Source: a virus
Virus record (IMG/VR): IMGVR_UViG_3300032325_000466
Location: 96,001 to 160,000 of that record
Reading direction: 5' to 3' (one strand)
DNA: 64,000 bases
The notes beneath the pieces are model-generated. The model saw only the letters and a program-made list of their open reading frames with translations, was not told the origin of the DNA and made no database searches. Of the stretch, positions 19,855 to 27,776 are shown piece by piece. A program made the translations under genes and the position numbers. Position 1 is the first letter of the stretch, and every line of letters begins with the position of its first letter.

Positions 19855-20332
19855 ACATTGTCTTGACAATATAAATCAAGATGACCTATATAAATTAAAA
19901 CAATACATTCTTGGTGCAAAAAACGTAATTATTTTGGGTAATGGTGGCAGCAATGCTGTTAGTTGTCATATTGCACAAGATTATACAAAGGCGTTAGGAA
20001 TCAGAGCTACAGCATTTGGAGACAGTTCCAGAATGAGTTGTTATGCTAATGATTATGGTTGGGAGAATGCGTATACTAAATATTTAGAACATTTCGCAGA
20101 TTCGGATACCATAGTGATACTAATATCATCTTCTGGTAACTCACAAAATATACTTAATGCTGCTGGATACTGTGCGGGTAAACATGATATGATTACTCTA
20201 TCCGGATTTAATCATGCCAATAAATTAAGAACAGTGTATGGTCCATTATCTTTGTTACATTTTTACATCCCCAATACTGATTATGGAATTGTAGAATTAC
20301 TTCACGAACTTATTTTACATTCTGTTATATGA
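19835..20332 (+). CDS. SIS-domain phosphoheptose isomerase (GmhA-like)
   Basis: ILGNGGS, ANDYG, ISSSGNSQNI, TLSGF, YGIVE. Confidence 0.8.
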   Translation: MNLQNFKHCLDNINQDDLYKLKQYILGAKNVIILGNGGSNAVSCHIAQDYTKALGIRATAFGDSSRMSCYANDYGWENAYTKYLEHFADSDTIVILISSSGNSQNILNAAGYCAGKHDMITLSGFNHANKLRTVYGPLSLLHFYIPNTDYGIVELLHELILHSVI

Positions 20333-20397
20333 AAATGTTTGTAACAAAAGTGAATTGAACACTTCGTCATCAGGCACCCAAATAACTAAACTTTTTA

Positions 20398-20426
20398 TTG
20401 ACACCAGCATACAAACGATGCATAAT
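20398..20426 (+). promoter_or_regulatory. Sigma70-type promoter
   Basis: TTGACA-N17-CATAAT. Confidence 0.6.
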
Positions 20427-20468
20427 CAGTATGCAAAATACATTTTCACAACTTTAAAAGGAATATAA

Positions 20469-21176
20469 ATGAAAAAAATCTTACTAGCATCACTAATCAT
20501 GGCTGCATTTGGTAGCGCACACGCTCAAGTAGCAGGTCTATCAGGAAACCTAGGTCTAACTACTGACTATCGTTTTCGTGGTATTTCTCAAACTCAAAAT
20601 GGTGCAGCCGTTCAAGGTGGCATAGACTACGCTCATAAGAGCGGCTTTTATGTTGGCAACTGGAACAGTTCAGTTAGTAGCGCACTATTTCCCGCTAGCG
20701 CCGGCATCGAAAGCGATCTATATCTAGGCTTTAAGAAAGAAGTTTTCAAAGGCGTAACAATCGATGTTGGTACAATGAGCTATGTTTATTCACGCGCATC
20801 AAGCTTTGGTACTAGCGAAGTTTATGCTGGTGTAGGTTATGGTCCAGTTACTGTAAAAGTTAGCCAATCACTAAGCAACTATTTTGGTGTAGCAGATAGC
20901 GTAGGTTCACGCTACTACCAAGCTGACCTAGCACAGCCAATCACTAGCAAGATCACTCTAGGTGCTCATGTTGGTCGTACATTTGTCAATAACAACACTT
21001 CACTAGACTATACTGACTATCGTGTTGGTGCATCTTATAACGCAGCTGGTTGGGTATTTGGTGCAAATTTCCACACTAACAACAACTATGGTAGCAGTGC
21101 TAAAGCTGCTATGACAGTTGCAGGTCAGTCACTATACAAAAACACCGTTGTACTATCAGTAGCAAAATCATTCTAA
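20469..21176 (+). CDS. TorF/TIGR02001 (gcw_chp)-family outer-membrane beta-barrel, putative porin
   Basis: Signal peptide (..AHA), TTDYRFRGISQT, AVQGGIDY, FYVGNWNS, C-terminal Phe. Confidence 0.85.
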   Translation: MKKILLASLIMAAFGSAHAQVAGLSGNLGLTTDYRFRGISQTQNGAAVQGGIDYAHKSGFYVGNWNSSVSSALFPASAGIESDLYLGFKKEVFKGVTIDVGTMSYVYSRASSFGTSEVYAGVGYGPVTVKVSQSLSNYFGVADSVGSRYYQADLAQPITSKITLGAHVGRTFVNNNTSLDYTDYRVGASYNAAGWVFGANFHTNNNYGSSAKAAMTVAGQSLYKNTVVLSVAKSF

Positions 21177-21190
21177 TACTTTACTAATCA

Positions 21191-21217
21191 AAATAAGGGC
21201 TTTGTAGCCCTTATTTT
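21191..21217 (+). terminator. Intrinsic terminator
   Basis: AAATAAGGGC-TTTGTA-GCCCTTATTTT. Confidence 0.7.
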
Positions 21218-21242
21218 ACCCTTTACTTAGGAGAACACACAC

Positions 21243-21692
21243 ATGTCAGTCACACTAAAAAATTTAGAATCGGCTTTAGCCGGTGAATCTATGGCACATA
21301 TCAAGTACCGATATTTTGCCAAACTAGCCCGAGCAGAAGGCTATGAAGAAGTAGCCAAACACTTTGAACACACTGCTGACCAAGAGCTACTACATGCTTG
21401 GGGTCATCTTGAACTGCTAATTGGTAAACCATCTACTAAAGAATGTTTGGAAAAAGCAATCGAAGGAGAGACCTACGAGTTCACCGTGATGTATCCAGAG
21501 TTCGAAGCAGTTGCTAGGAACGAAGGAAATGAAGAAGCAGTTCGTGAAGCCGTGGAACAAATCGCTGAATCCATGGAACATGCCGCACAATTCGCAGCAG
21601 TTTTGGCTAAAGCAGAAAAGCGTTTTTCAGCACTCAAGCGTGTAGAAGAGCGTCATGCAAATGCTTATAAACAAACTTTAGGGAGTCTATAA
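21243..21692 (+). CDS. Rubrerythrin (ferritin-like diiron domain)
   Basis: ALAGES..Y, E..HA, AIEGETYE...YP, E..HA diiron motifs. Confidence 0.88.
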   Translation: MSVTLKNLESALAGESMAHIKYRYFAKLARAEGYEEVAKHFEHTADQELLHAWGHLELLIGKPSTKECLEKAIEGETYEFTVMYPEFEAVARNEGNEEAVREAVEQIAESMEHAAQFAAVLAKAEKRFSALKRVEERHANAYKQTLGSL

Positions 21693-21826
21693 TGAGAGAA
21701 CAATACGCATGTGTCATTTGTGGCCATCAACATGATGAAGAAACAGAAGGTAAATGGGAAGACTTACCTGAAGATTTTATGTGCCCTGAATGCGGCGGAC
21801 TAAAACAAGACTACGAAGCTATTTAA
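21692..21826 (+). CDS. Rubredoxin, 44 aa (missed by the ORF track)
   Basis: MREQYACVICGHQHDEETEGKWEDLPEDFMCPECGGLKQDYEAI; two CxxCG motifs and WEDLPEDF.CP. Confidence 0.9.
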   Translation: MREQYACVICGHQHDEETEGKWEDLPEDFMCPECGGLKQDYEAI

Positions 21827-21830
21827 TTAC

Positions 21831-21866
21831 GGGCCCGCAAGGTAAAATTTGCCTTTGCGGGCTTTC
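21831..21866 (+). terminator. Hairpin/terminator
   Basis: GCCCGCAAGG...CCTTTGCGGGC-TTT. Confidence 0.55.
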
Positions 21867-21921
21867 CTATATGTAATTTGCATGTAATACTTAGTATTGT
21901 TAAAATACGATAAATATTAGT

Positions 21922-22701
21922 ATGACAAAAAAATATAGAACAATAACAGTCAGTGATGTGCATCTGGGCACCAAAAATTGTAAAGCCGAACTACTTGTAG
22001 ATTTTCTAAGTGAAAACACTTGTGAAACACTGTATTTGGTTGGTGATATAATCGATGCATGGAAAATCCAACAGAATAGGCTAAAGTGGCGCCAAAGCCA
22101 TACCGATGTTGTTCGTAAAATTCTAAAACATGCTAGAAATGGTACTAAAGTAATTTATGTAGCAGGCAATCACGACGAGTTTTTAAGACCAATGATACCA
22201 TATGGTGTTAGCTTTGGTACCATTGTAATATGCAATCAAGCTACTCATATCGGCGCAGATGGTAAAAAGTATTTAGTAGTACATGGCGATTTGTTTGATG
22301 GTATCACTAGATTAGCGCCATGGTTAAGTTTCTTAGGCGACAGAGCATATGATGTTATTTTGGATCTAAATAGCAGGTTCAATTGGATTAGACATCGTAT
22401 GGGTTTTGGTTATTGGAGCTTAAGCCAATTCTTAAAACACCGAGTAAAAAAAGCTATTGATTTTATGTTTCAGTTTGAAAGAACTATTACCGCTTATGCC
22501 AAGAAGCGTGGTTTTCAGGGCGTAATATGTGGGCATATACATAAAGCTGAAATTAAAGAAGTAAATGGTATTACATACATGAATGATGGTGACTGGGTAG
22601 AAAGTTGTACCGCCCTAGTAGAACATCATGATGGCAGTTGGGAAATAATACGTTGGGCACAGGACAAAAAAGATGTGGCTGATGATTCTTCTAGCAGTTA
22701 A
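21922..22701 (+). CDS. plcP: PlcP-like metallophosphoesterase (phospholipase C; often annotated UDP-2,3-diacylglucosamine hydrolase)
   Basis: SDVHLG, YLVGDIID, GNHDE, HGD, CGHIH, YMNDGDWVESCTALVEH. Confidence 0.78.
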   Translation: MTKKYRTITVSDVHLGTKNCKAELLVDFLSENTCETLYLVGDIIDAWKIQQNRLKWRQSHTDVVRKILKHARNGTKVIYVAGNHDEFLRPMIPYGVSFGTIVICNQATHIGADGKKYLVVHGDLFDGITRLAPWLSFLGDRAYDVILDLNSRFNWIRHRMGFGYWSLSQFLKHRVKKAIDFMFQFERTITAYAKKRGFQGVICGHIHKAEIKEVNGITYMNDGDWVESCTALVEHHDGSWEIIRWAQDKKDVADDSSSS

Positions 22702-22852
22702 TATTACAAACCCGCAAGATATACCGGGTAAAATAACACTAGAATTTCCTACCCAACAAGCGTGTGAGCAAAGCTTACAAACTATGCGATACCAATTAAA
22801 ATTCAATGGTTTTAAAGTCGAGGGAAAATGCATAAAACAATACTCATCGTAA
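22673..22852 (+). CDS. Small hypothetical protein with hydrophobic N-terminus, 59 aa (missed by the ORF track)
   Basis: MWLMILLAVNITNPQDIPGKITLEFPTQQACEQSLQTMRYQLKFNGFKVEGKCIKQYSS bridges the gap between plcP and the GT. Confidence 0.55.
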   Translation: MWLMILLAVNITNPQDIPGKITLEFPTQQACEQSLQTMRYQLKFNGFKVEGKCIKQYSS

Positions 22853-23844
22853 CAGATAACTTACCAACTCAAATCAATGGCGTGGTCACAACTTTCAAGA
22901 ACATTCAAACTCACGCTGATCGTGATGGGTACGATCTTGTTTATCTTGACCCCGGGCAGTTTTACCATATTGATTGTCCTGGCTACCCTGAGGTTAAACT
23001 CTCCTTACCTTGGAAAATTGGCAAAAAGATCAAGGCGTTATCTCCCGATTATATTCACATTGCTACGGAAGGGCCGGTAGGCTTAGCCGCTAGAATTTGG
23101 TGCGATATGAATGGGTATTCATATAATACTTCATATCATACTAAATTCCCAGAATTTCTTAAAAAGATATATGGTATCCCCGAGGGCTTTACTTATAGAT
23201 ATGTTCGTTGGTTTCATAAACATAGTGGTAGAGTATTAACAACTACACAGTCTATGGTCGATCAGTTATATGATCATAAATTTAAAACTAACATAGTAGC
23301 TTGGACTAGGGGAGTAGATCGTGAATACCTACAGCCAAGTCGAGTATGGAATCACGATCATTATATAGGTCTAAAGCCACTAGTATTATATGTAGGTCGT
23401 GTAAGTAAAGAAAAGAATTTAGATGCACTATGTAAACTACAACATAAATATAAAATTCATATCGTAGGAGACGGTCCTGATCGTGCGAGATTAGAACGGG
23501 AATATACTGATGTAGAGTTTTTAGGATACAAAACAGGTCAAGCGTTGGCAGATTGTTATGCTTGGGCTGATGTATTTGCTTTTCCCAGTTTAGTTGACAC
23601 ATTTGGCATAGTTATTATAGAATCTCTAAGCTTAGGAACACCTGTAGCAGCATATCGTGTACAGGGCCCACTTGATATCTTAGAAGAGGGCGTAACAGGG
23701 TACATGTGTGATGATCTAGCTACTAGTATAGATCAGTGTTTATTACTAGACCGAGATCAAGTCAAACAATCTAGTGAACGATGGACTTGGGAAAATTGCT
23801 GGGAAGTCTTTAAAGAAAATTTAACGGAACTAGAAAATAAATAA
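22828..23844 (+). CDS. GT4 glycosyltransferase, Agt-like glycolipid synthase
   Basis: IVTD..PTQINGVV, CPGYPEVKLS, IHIATEGPVG, YVGRVSKEKN, DTFGIVIIESLSLGTPVAA. Confidence 0.85.
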   Translation: MHKTILIVTDNLPTQINGVVTTFKNIQTHADRDGYDLVYLDPGQFYHIDCPGYPEVKLSLPWKIGKKIKALSPDYIHIATEGPVGLAARIWCDMNGYSYNTSYHTKFPEFLKKIYGIPEGFTYRYVRWFHKHSGRVLTTTQSMVDQLYDHKFKTNIVAWTRGVDREYLQPSRVWNHDHYIGLKPLVLYVGRVSKEKNLDALCKLQHKYKIHIVGDGPDRARLEREYTDVEFLGYKTGQALADCYAWADVFAFPSLVDTFGIVIIESLSLGTPVAAYRVQGPLDILEEGVTGYMCDDLATSIDQCLLLDRDQVKQSSERWTWENCWEVFKENLTELENK

Positions 23845-23848
23845 CATC

Positions 23849-24103
23849 ATGGAAATAAAGCAAGCAACTGATTGGCAAACAGTATCAACTAAAATCAGGC
23901 GAGAGTTAAACGACATAAAGTATAACCCAGACCTATACAAAATGCTAAAAAACATTGACGCAATGGTAACTGAGATTTCTAAGCTAGAAGTTATCTATCG
24001 CAGGGCTATCTCTAGGCCCGCACTAGACGCTAAGTTAGCAGACGCTAACAAAGCTATCACACATTTAGAAAAATTGATCCTCATGGCCAAGCTTATGAAC
24101 TGA
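23849..24103 (+). CDS. Hypothetical protein
   Basis: 84-aa helical ORF in an operon context. Confidence 0.6.
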   Translation: MEIKQATDWQTVSTKIRRELNDIKYNPDLYKMLKNIDAMVTEISKLEVIYRRAISRPALDAKLADANKAITHLEKLILMAKLMN

Positions 24104-24177
24104 TGTAAACTTGAGTTTACATGTCAACCTAGGCTTACATTATGACAAATGTCACAAAACTGTGTCTAACCCTAGAT

Positions 24178-24206
24178 TTGACATTAAATGGGCATCAGTG
24201 TATAAT
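24178..24206 (+). promoter_or_regulatory. Early sigma70 promoter; ATG 6 nt downstream
   Basis: TTGACA-ttaaatgggcatcagtg-TATAAT-agcttt-ATG. Confidence 0.8.
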
Positions 24207-24212
24207 AGCTTT

Positions 24213-24554
24213 ATGAACTCGACAAACACCCGTAAGCGCAGAACCGATCGCAATCAAGTGATTTACTTTATCCAAGATAAAGTCACTGGTGAGCAGTATA
24301 TTGGTCTGACTGCACTGTCATTCAACGGCAGCGTCTTTAAGACTCTTCGTCGCCGCATGCAAAAGCATATGCAACGGGCCCTTGCTGAAAACAAAGATTG
24401 GGGTCTTTCGCGGGCTTTACGAGAGCATGGCGCCCAGCGTTTTGTTTTTGGCAAGTTGGAAATCGTTCGAGGCAAAGGCCCCGCTCATGCCCGCGAGACT
24501 GAACTGATCAATTCGCTTCAACCCAAACTGAACACATTTGGCGTCAAAGTTTGA
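24213..24554 (+). CDS. GIY-YIG-like nuclease
   Basis: VIYFIQDKVTGEQYIGLT...R...H...RETELINSLQPKLN. The start is moved to 24213 because the upstream part of the track ORF is promoter DNA. Confidence 0.7.
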   Translation: MNSTNTRKRRTDRNQVIYFIQDKVTGEQYIGLTALSFNGSVFKTLRRRMQKHMQRALAENKDWGLSRALREHGAQRFVFGKLEIVRGKGPAHARETELINSLQPKLNTFGVKV

Positions 24555-24579
24555 CAATAAATGAGTTTGGGTATAGAAT
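24551..24579 (+). promoter_or_regulatory. Early promoter (TTGACAATAAAT class)
   Basis: TTGACA-ataaatgagtttgggta-TAGAAT. Confidence 0.8.
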
Positions 24580-24609
24580 ATTCACTCATACTTAGAAAAC
24601 GGAAAGAAT

Positions 24610-24879
24610 ATGAAAATCGAAACTCGTGTTGCCCGCACCAATCTGCGCCGCGAAACTACTGCTAAAAACCTTCGCCTTCTGCGCGAAGTTTTGATCGATG
24701 TTCAAGTTGCCAAAGGATGGGACGAAGAGTCCGGTCAAGCCTACGCTAACGGATACACTGAGAGTATGCTTCTCGATGTTATTTTGGAGCTTGCCTCCAA
24801 GTCTCGCTATGAAGACCTCAACGGGCTGCTTACTGCCCGTCGCATGGAAAAGCTTAACCAATTGCGTGGACAAAAATAG
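24610..24879 (+). CDS. Hypothetical early protein
   Basis: 89-aa ORF behind an early promoter. Confidence 0.65.
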   Translation: MKIETRVARTNLRRETTAKNLRLLREVLIDVQVAKGWDEESGQAYANGYTESMLLDVILELASKSRYEDLNGLLTARRMEKLNQLRGQK

Positions 24880-24930
24880 GTCAAAGTTGAGTGATAACTA
24901 TTAAATAGTTATTTAGAAAAGGAAAAACTC

Positions 24931-25440
24931 ATGAGTATTGTATTAGAAGCAAGCTTATCCAGAGTTTGGCAACATTTTAATAGTGACCGCCCAGTTGCAT
25001 TGCTAACTGGTTTTAGGGGTGAGTACACTAGAGAAGAGAATCTGCGTAGAAACGCGGCTTTAGCGGCCGACATTAGAAATCTTGGCCTTGGGTTCTTTTA
25101 TGTAGATGGATACTGGATAGAAAATCAGGGCACTCCCGAAGAACGCAAAGTCAGTGAAGATAGTATTTTTGTAATAGGTGAACCTAGTACTGATGAAAAA
25201 TTTTTGGACACTATTGTAAAATTTGGCCGTCAGTATGATCAAGATGGCGTCTTGGTAAAAACAGAAGATACTGTAGCTATCTATGATAAGAATGGTGAAG
25301 TGCTGTACCCGCTCAATAAATTGAATCCTGGAAAACTGGGAACAATGTATACTAAACTAAGAAATAACAAACATACCAATACCTTTGTCTTTACTGAAGA
25401 ACGGGTTGATCGTGGTTGGGCCGGCCGTTTTACCGCTTGA
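24931..25440 (+). CDS. Hypothetical protein, possibly head-associated (MSIVLE|ASLSRV start)
   Basis: Late-type TTAAATA upstream, GGAAA RBS, N-terminal V-L-E candidate maturation site. Confidence 0.55.
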   Translation: MSIVLEASLSRVWQHFNSDRPVALLTGFRGEYTREENLRRNAALAADIRNLGLGFFYVDGYWIENQGTPEERKVSEDSIFVIGEPSTDEKFLDTIVKFGRQYDQDGVLVKTEDTVAIYDKNGEVLYPLNKLNPGKLGTMYTKLRNNKHTNTFVFTEERVDRGWAGRFTA

Positions 25441-25459
25441 ATAAAGAAACGAACCTAAA

Positions 25460-25855
25460 ATGAATGCTTGGAGTCATCTACCCAACGCGACACATATAGA
25501 CCGCATATTGGCTTCAGTACACGCAAATCCCAAATTATGGGAGCAGGCATGGGTGCAGGTATGGCTGCCGGCATGGAATAAGGCAAGGGTGCAGGTATGG
25601 AAGCAGGCAAGGGATCAGGCATGGGATCAGGCAGGGTATCAGGCAAGGGATCAGGCAAGGGATCAGGCAAGGGATCAGGCAAGGGGTACCATACTTGCAC
25701 TGATTGCATATGATGATTCAGCCAAGTACCTAAATCTTCCCATTGACCAACTACAAATGCTTTACCATTTGACTGAACACCCAGCTTGTATTTTACTACA
25801 ACCAGCCGTTGTTGCATTTGCGATGGAAAAGGAACGAGAACTGGCCCAAGGTTGA
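25460..25855 (+). CDS. W/R-D-Q-A tetrapeptide-repeat protein (paralog of 50768-51253)
   Basis: N- and C-terminal domains match the paralog (AWSHLPNA.HIDR.LASV; ALIAYDD...LPIDQL.MLY.L.EHPAC.LLQPAV). Confidence 0.75.
   Translation: MNAWSHLPNATHIDRILASVHANPKLWEQAWVQVWLPAWNKARVQVWKQARDQAWDQAGYQARDQARDQARDQARGTILALIAYDDSAKYLNLPIDQLQMLYHLTEHPACILLQPAVVAFAMEKERELAQG
25538..25681 (+). repeat. 12-bp minisatellite, 12 units (consensus WGGGATCAGGCA)
   Basis: Units include tgggagcaggca, agggatcaggca x4 and tgggatcaggca. Confidence 0.9.
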
Positions 25856-25880
25856 CAATAAATGGATTAGGGCGTATAAT
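25852..25880 (+). promoter_or_regulatory. Early promoter (TTGACAATAAAT class)
   Basis: TTGACA-ataaatggattagggcg-TATAAT. Confidence 0.88.
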
Positions 25881-25910
25881 ACTCTTATACACTGAAACAT
25901 TGGAGTTTTA

Positions 25911-26258
25911 ATGAAAATCGAAATCGAAAACTACTTGGCAGCTATCGCTAATGACTATGCGCGATGGAACACTCTTAAAGATGATGCTACTGAAAGCGCC
26001 AAGCGTATTCGCGTCGAATTGGTTTCGGAATTCTGTGCCGGACTTACCATCGAAGAAGGTAACAAGTATATCAAGGTCATCTCTGGCGCTAGGGGTCAAC
26101 GGAGTGTGCATTCGTTTATCGTCAAAAAAGACGATGGCAAGTTCAAGGCCGGCGACATTTTGAAGGCAGCATCTTGGGCAGCACCTGCCAAGAATTTTAG
26201 CCGTGGCAATGTACTGACTGGAAATTTTGGGTCAGTTCATTGGACTGGCGCGCAATAA
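25911..26258 (+). CDS. Conserved phage hypothetical early protein
   Basis: GNKYIKV...SVHSFI...GDILKAASWAAPAKN motif; GGAG RBS. Confidence 0.7.
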   Translation: MKIEIENYLAAIANDYARWNTLKDDATESAKRIRVELVSEFCAGLTIEEGNKYIKVISGARGQRSVHSFIVKKDDGKFKAGDILKAASWAAPAKNFSRGNVLTGNFGSVHWTGAQ

Positions 26259-26263
26259 TTTGT

Positions 26264-26292
26264 TTGACAATAAATCCCTGATTCTATATAAT
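26264..26292 (+). promoter_or_regulatory. Early promoter (TTGACAATAAAT class)
   Basis: TTGACA-ataaatccctgattcta-TATAAT. Confidence 0.85.
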
Positions 26293-26324
26293 CACTTCAC
26301 ACTTAAACAACAGGAGTAGCAAAA

Positions 26325-27428
26325 ATGGCTTCATCAGTTTCAGACAATCTTACGCTTACCTCAGTTCAGGTCCGCAAAGCATTGCTCAAGTCTTTCAAGG
26401 TTCAGCGTCCCATCTTTCTTTGGGGTCCTCCCGGTATCGGCAAGAGTGAGGTTGTTGCTGAGATTGCCCAAGAACTGGGCGGTCATATGATCGACCTGCG
26501 TATGTCGCAAATGGAACCCACTGACATTCGTGGTATCCCTTTCTATAACAAAGAACTGGGCAAGATGGATTGGGCTCCCCCAATCGAACTTCCTGATCAG
26601 GAACTGGCTGACCAGTTCCCCATTATCGTACTCTTCCTCGATGAGATGAATGCAGCCCCGCCAAGTGTGCAGGCCGCAGCGTATCAGCTTATTCTCAACC
26701 GTGGTGTTGGTAAGTATCGTCTGCCCAAGAATGTTGTGCTGGTTGCTGCAGGTAATCGTGAGTCAGACAAGGGCGTAACTTATCGTATGCCCAAGCCCCT
26801 TGCTAATCGTTTCTTGCATTTGGAAATGCGTAGTGACTTTGCTTCATGGCAGACATGGGCAGTGGATAAAAAGATTCACAAGGACGTGGTTGGTTACTTG
26901 AGTTTTGCTAAACAGGATCTAAACGACGATTCTAATAGCAACTCCAGCAGCCGAGCTTTCCCAACTCCCCGTTCGTGGTGCTTTGTCAGCGACCTACTTG
27001 ATGACGACGACACTGATACCGATACTCTGTTCAATCTGGTTGCAGGTGCAGTTGGTGACGGTCTGGCAGTCAAGTTTATGGCTCATCGCAAAGTGTCCGG
27101 CAAAATGCCCTCGCCCACTGACATTCTGTCTGGCAAGGTCATGGACCTGCAAGTCAAGGAAATCTCGGCAATGTACTCGCTGACCATTTCTATGTGCTAC
27201 GAACTGAAAGATGCACTGGATAACAAGCGGGTCAGCAACAAAGAGTTCCATGTGATGGCTGATAACTTCTTCAACTATATCATGGCTAACTTCGAAACGG
27301 AGCTGGTTGTTATGGGTGCAAAGATTGCCCTCAAAACTTACAAGCTGCCCATCGATCCCGTTCAACTCAAGAATTTCGACACTTTCCATAAGAAATATGG
27401 CAAGTACATTGTCGAAGCAGGCAACTGA
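26325..27428 (+). CDS. MoxR-like AAA+ ATPase
   Basis: Walker A GPPGIGKS, Walker B LFLDEMN, AAGNR, LANRF. Confidence 0.85.
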   Translation: MASSVSDNLTLTSVQVRKALLKSFKVQRPIFLWGPPGIGKSEVVAEIAQELGGHMIDLRMSQMEPTDIRGIPFYNKELGKMDWAPPIELPDQELADQFPIIVLFLDEMNAAPPSVQAAAYQLILNRGVGKYRLPKNVVLVAAGNRESDKGVTYRMPKPLANRFLHLEMRSDFASWQTWAVDKKIHKDVVGYLSFAKQDLNDDSNSNSSSRAFPTPRSWCFVSDLLDDDDTDTDTLFNLVAGAVGDGLAVKFMAHRKVSGKMPSPTDILSGKVMDLQVKEISAMYSLTISMCYELKDALDNKRVSNKEFHVMADNFFNYIMANFETELVVMGAKIALKTYKLPIDPVQLKNFDTFHKKYGKYIVEAGN

Positions 27429-27449
27429 TTGGTGTCAGTTGTCTACTCA

Positions 27450-27502
27450 GGTAAGAGGTAATACTCTTACCCCTAGGGTGAGAATATTCTCACCCTTTTT
27501 TT
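27450..27502 (+). terminator. Tandem hairpins ending in a terminator
   Basis: GGTAAGAG-gtaata-CTCTTACC, then the palindrome AGGGTGAGAATATTCTCACCCT and a T-run. Confidence 0.7.
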
Positions 27503-27515
27503 AAGGATAGTAAAA

Positions 27516-27719
27516 ATGATCGATACAAAAAAATTCAAAGTGATTTTTGATACCAATATTCTTGACCGAGAGCTTGGTACGGAACAGGAAATGGAAAATC
27601 TTACTACAGAAATCCAACTGTATATCGATGAACTGGATATTGGTCCTGAAACCGATATGGATTTGGTCCTAATGGATGCACTGGACAGCATTTTGGGCGA
27701 ACATAGGGTTCTTCATTGA
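27516..27719 (+). CDS. Hypothetical acidic protein
   Basis: 67-aa ORF with AAGGA RBS. Confidence 0.5.
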   Translation: MIDTKKFKVIFDTNILDRELGTEQEMENLTTEIQLYIDELDIGPETDMDLVLMDALDSILGEHRVLH

Positions 27720-27722
27720 AGG

Positions 27723-27751
27723 TTGACAATAAATACGGACACTGCTATAAT
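27723..27751 (+). promoter_or_regulatory. Early promoter (TTGACAATAAAT class)
   Basis: TTGACA-ataaatacggacactgc-TATAAT. Confidence 0.85.
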
Positions 27752-27776
27752 AGCAGTATCATAGAAAAGGATCGAC

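Noticed and set aside
25455-25892. Minus-strand Pro-rich ORF (PLPDPLPD...)
   Set aside because: It is the antisense shadow of the 12-bp repeat in the + strand WDQA gene and has no RBS or promoter support.
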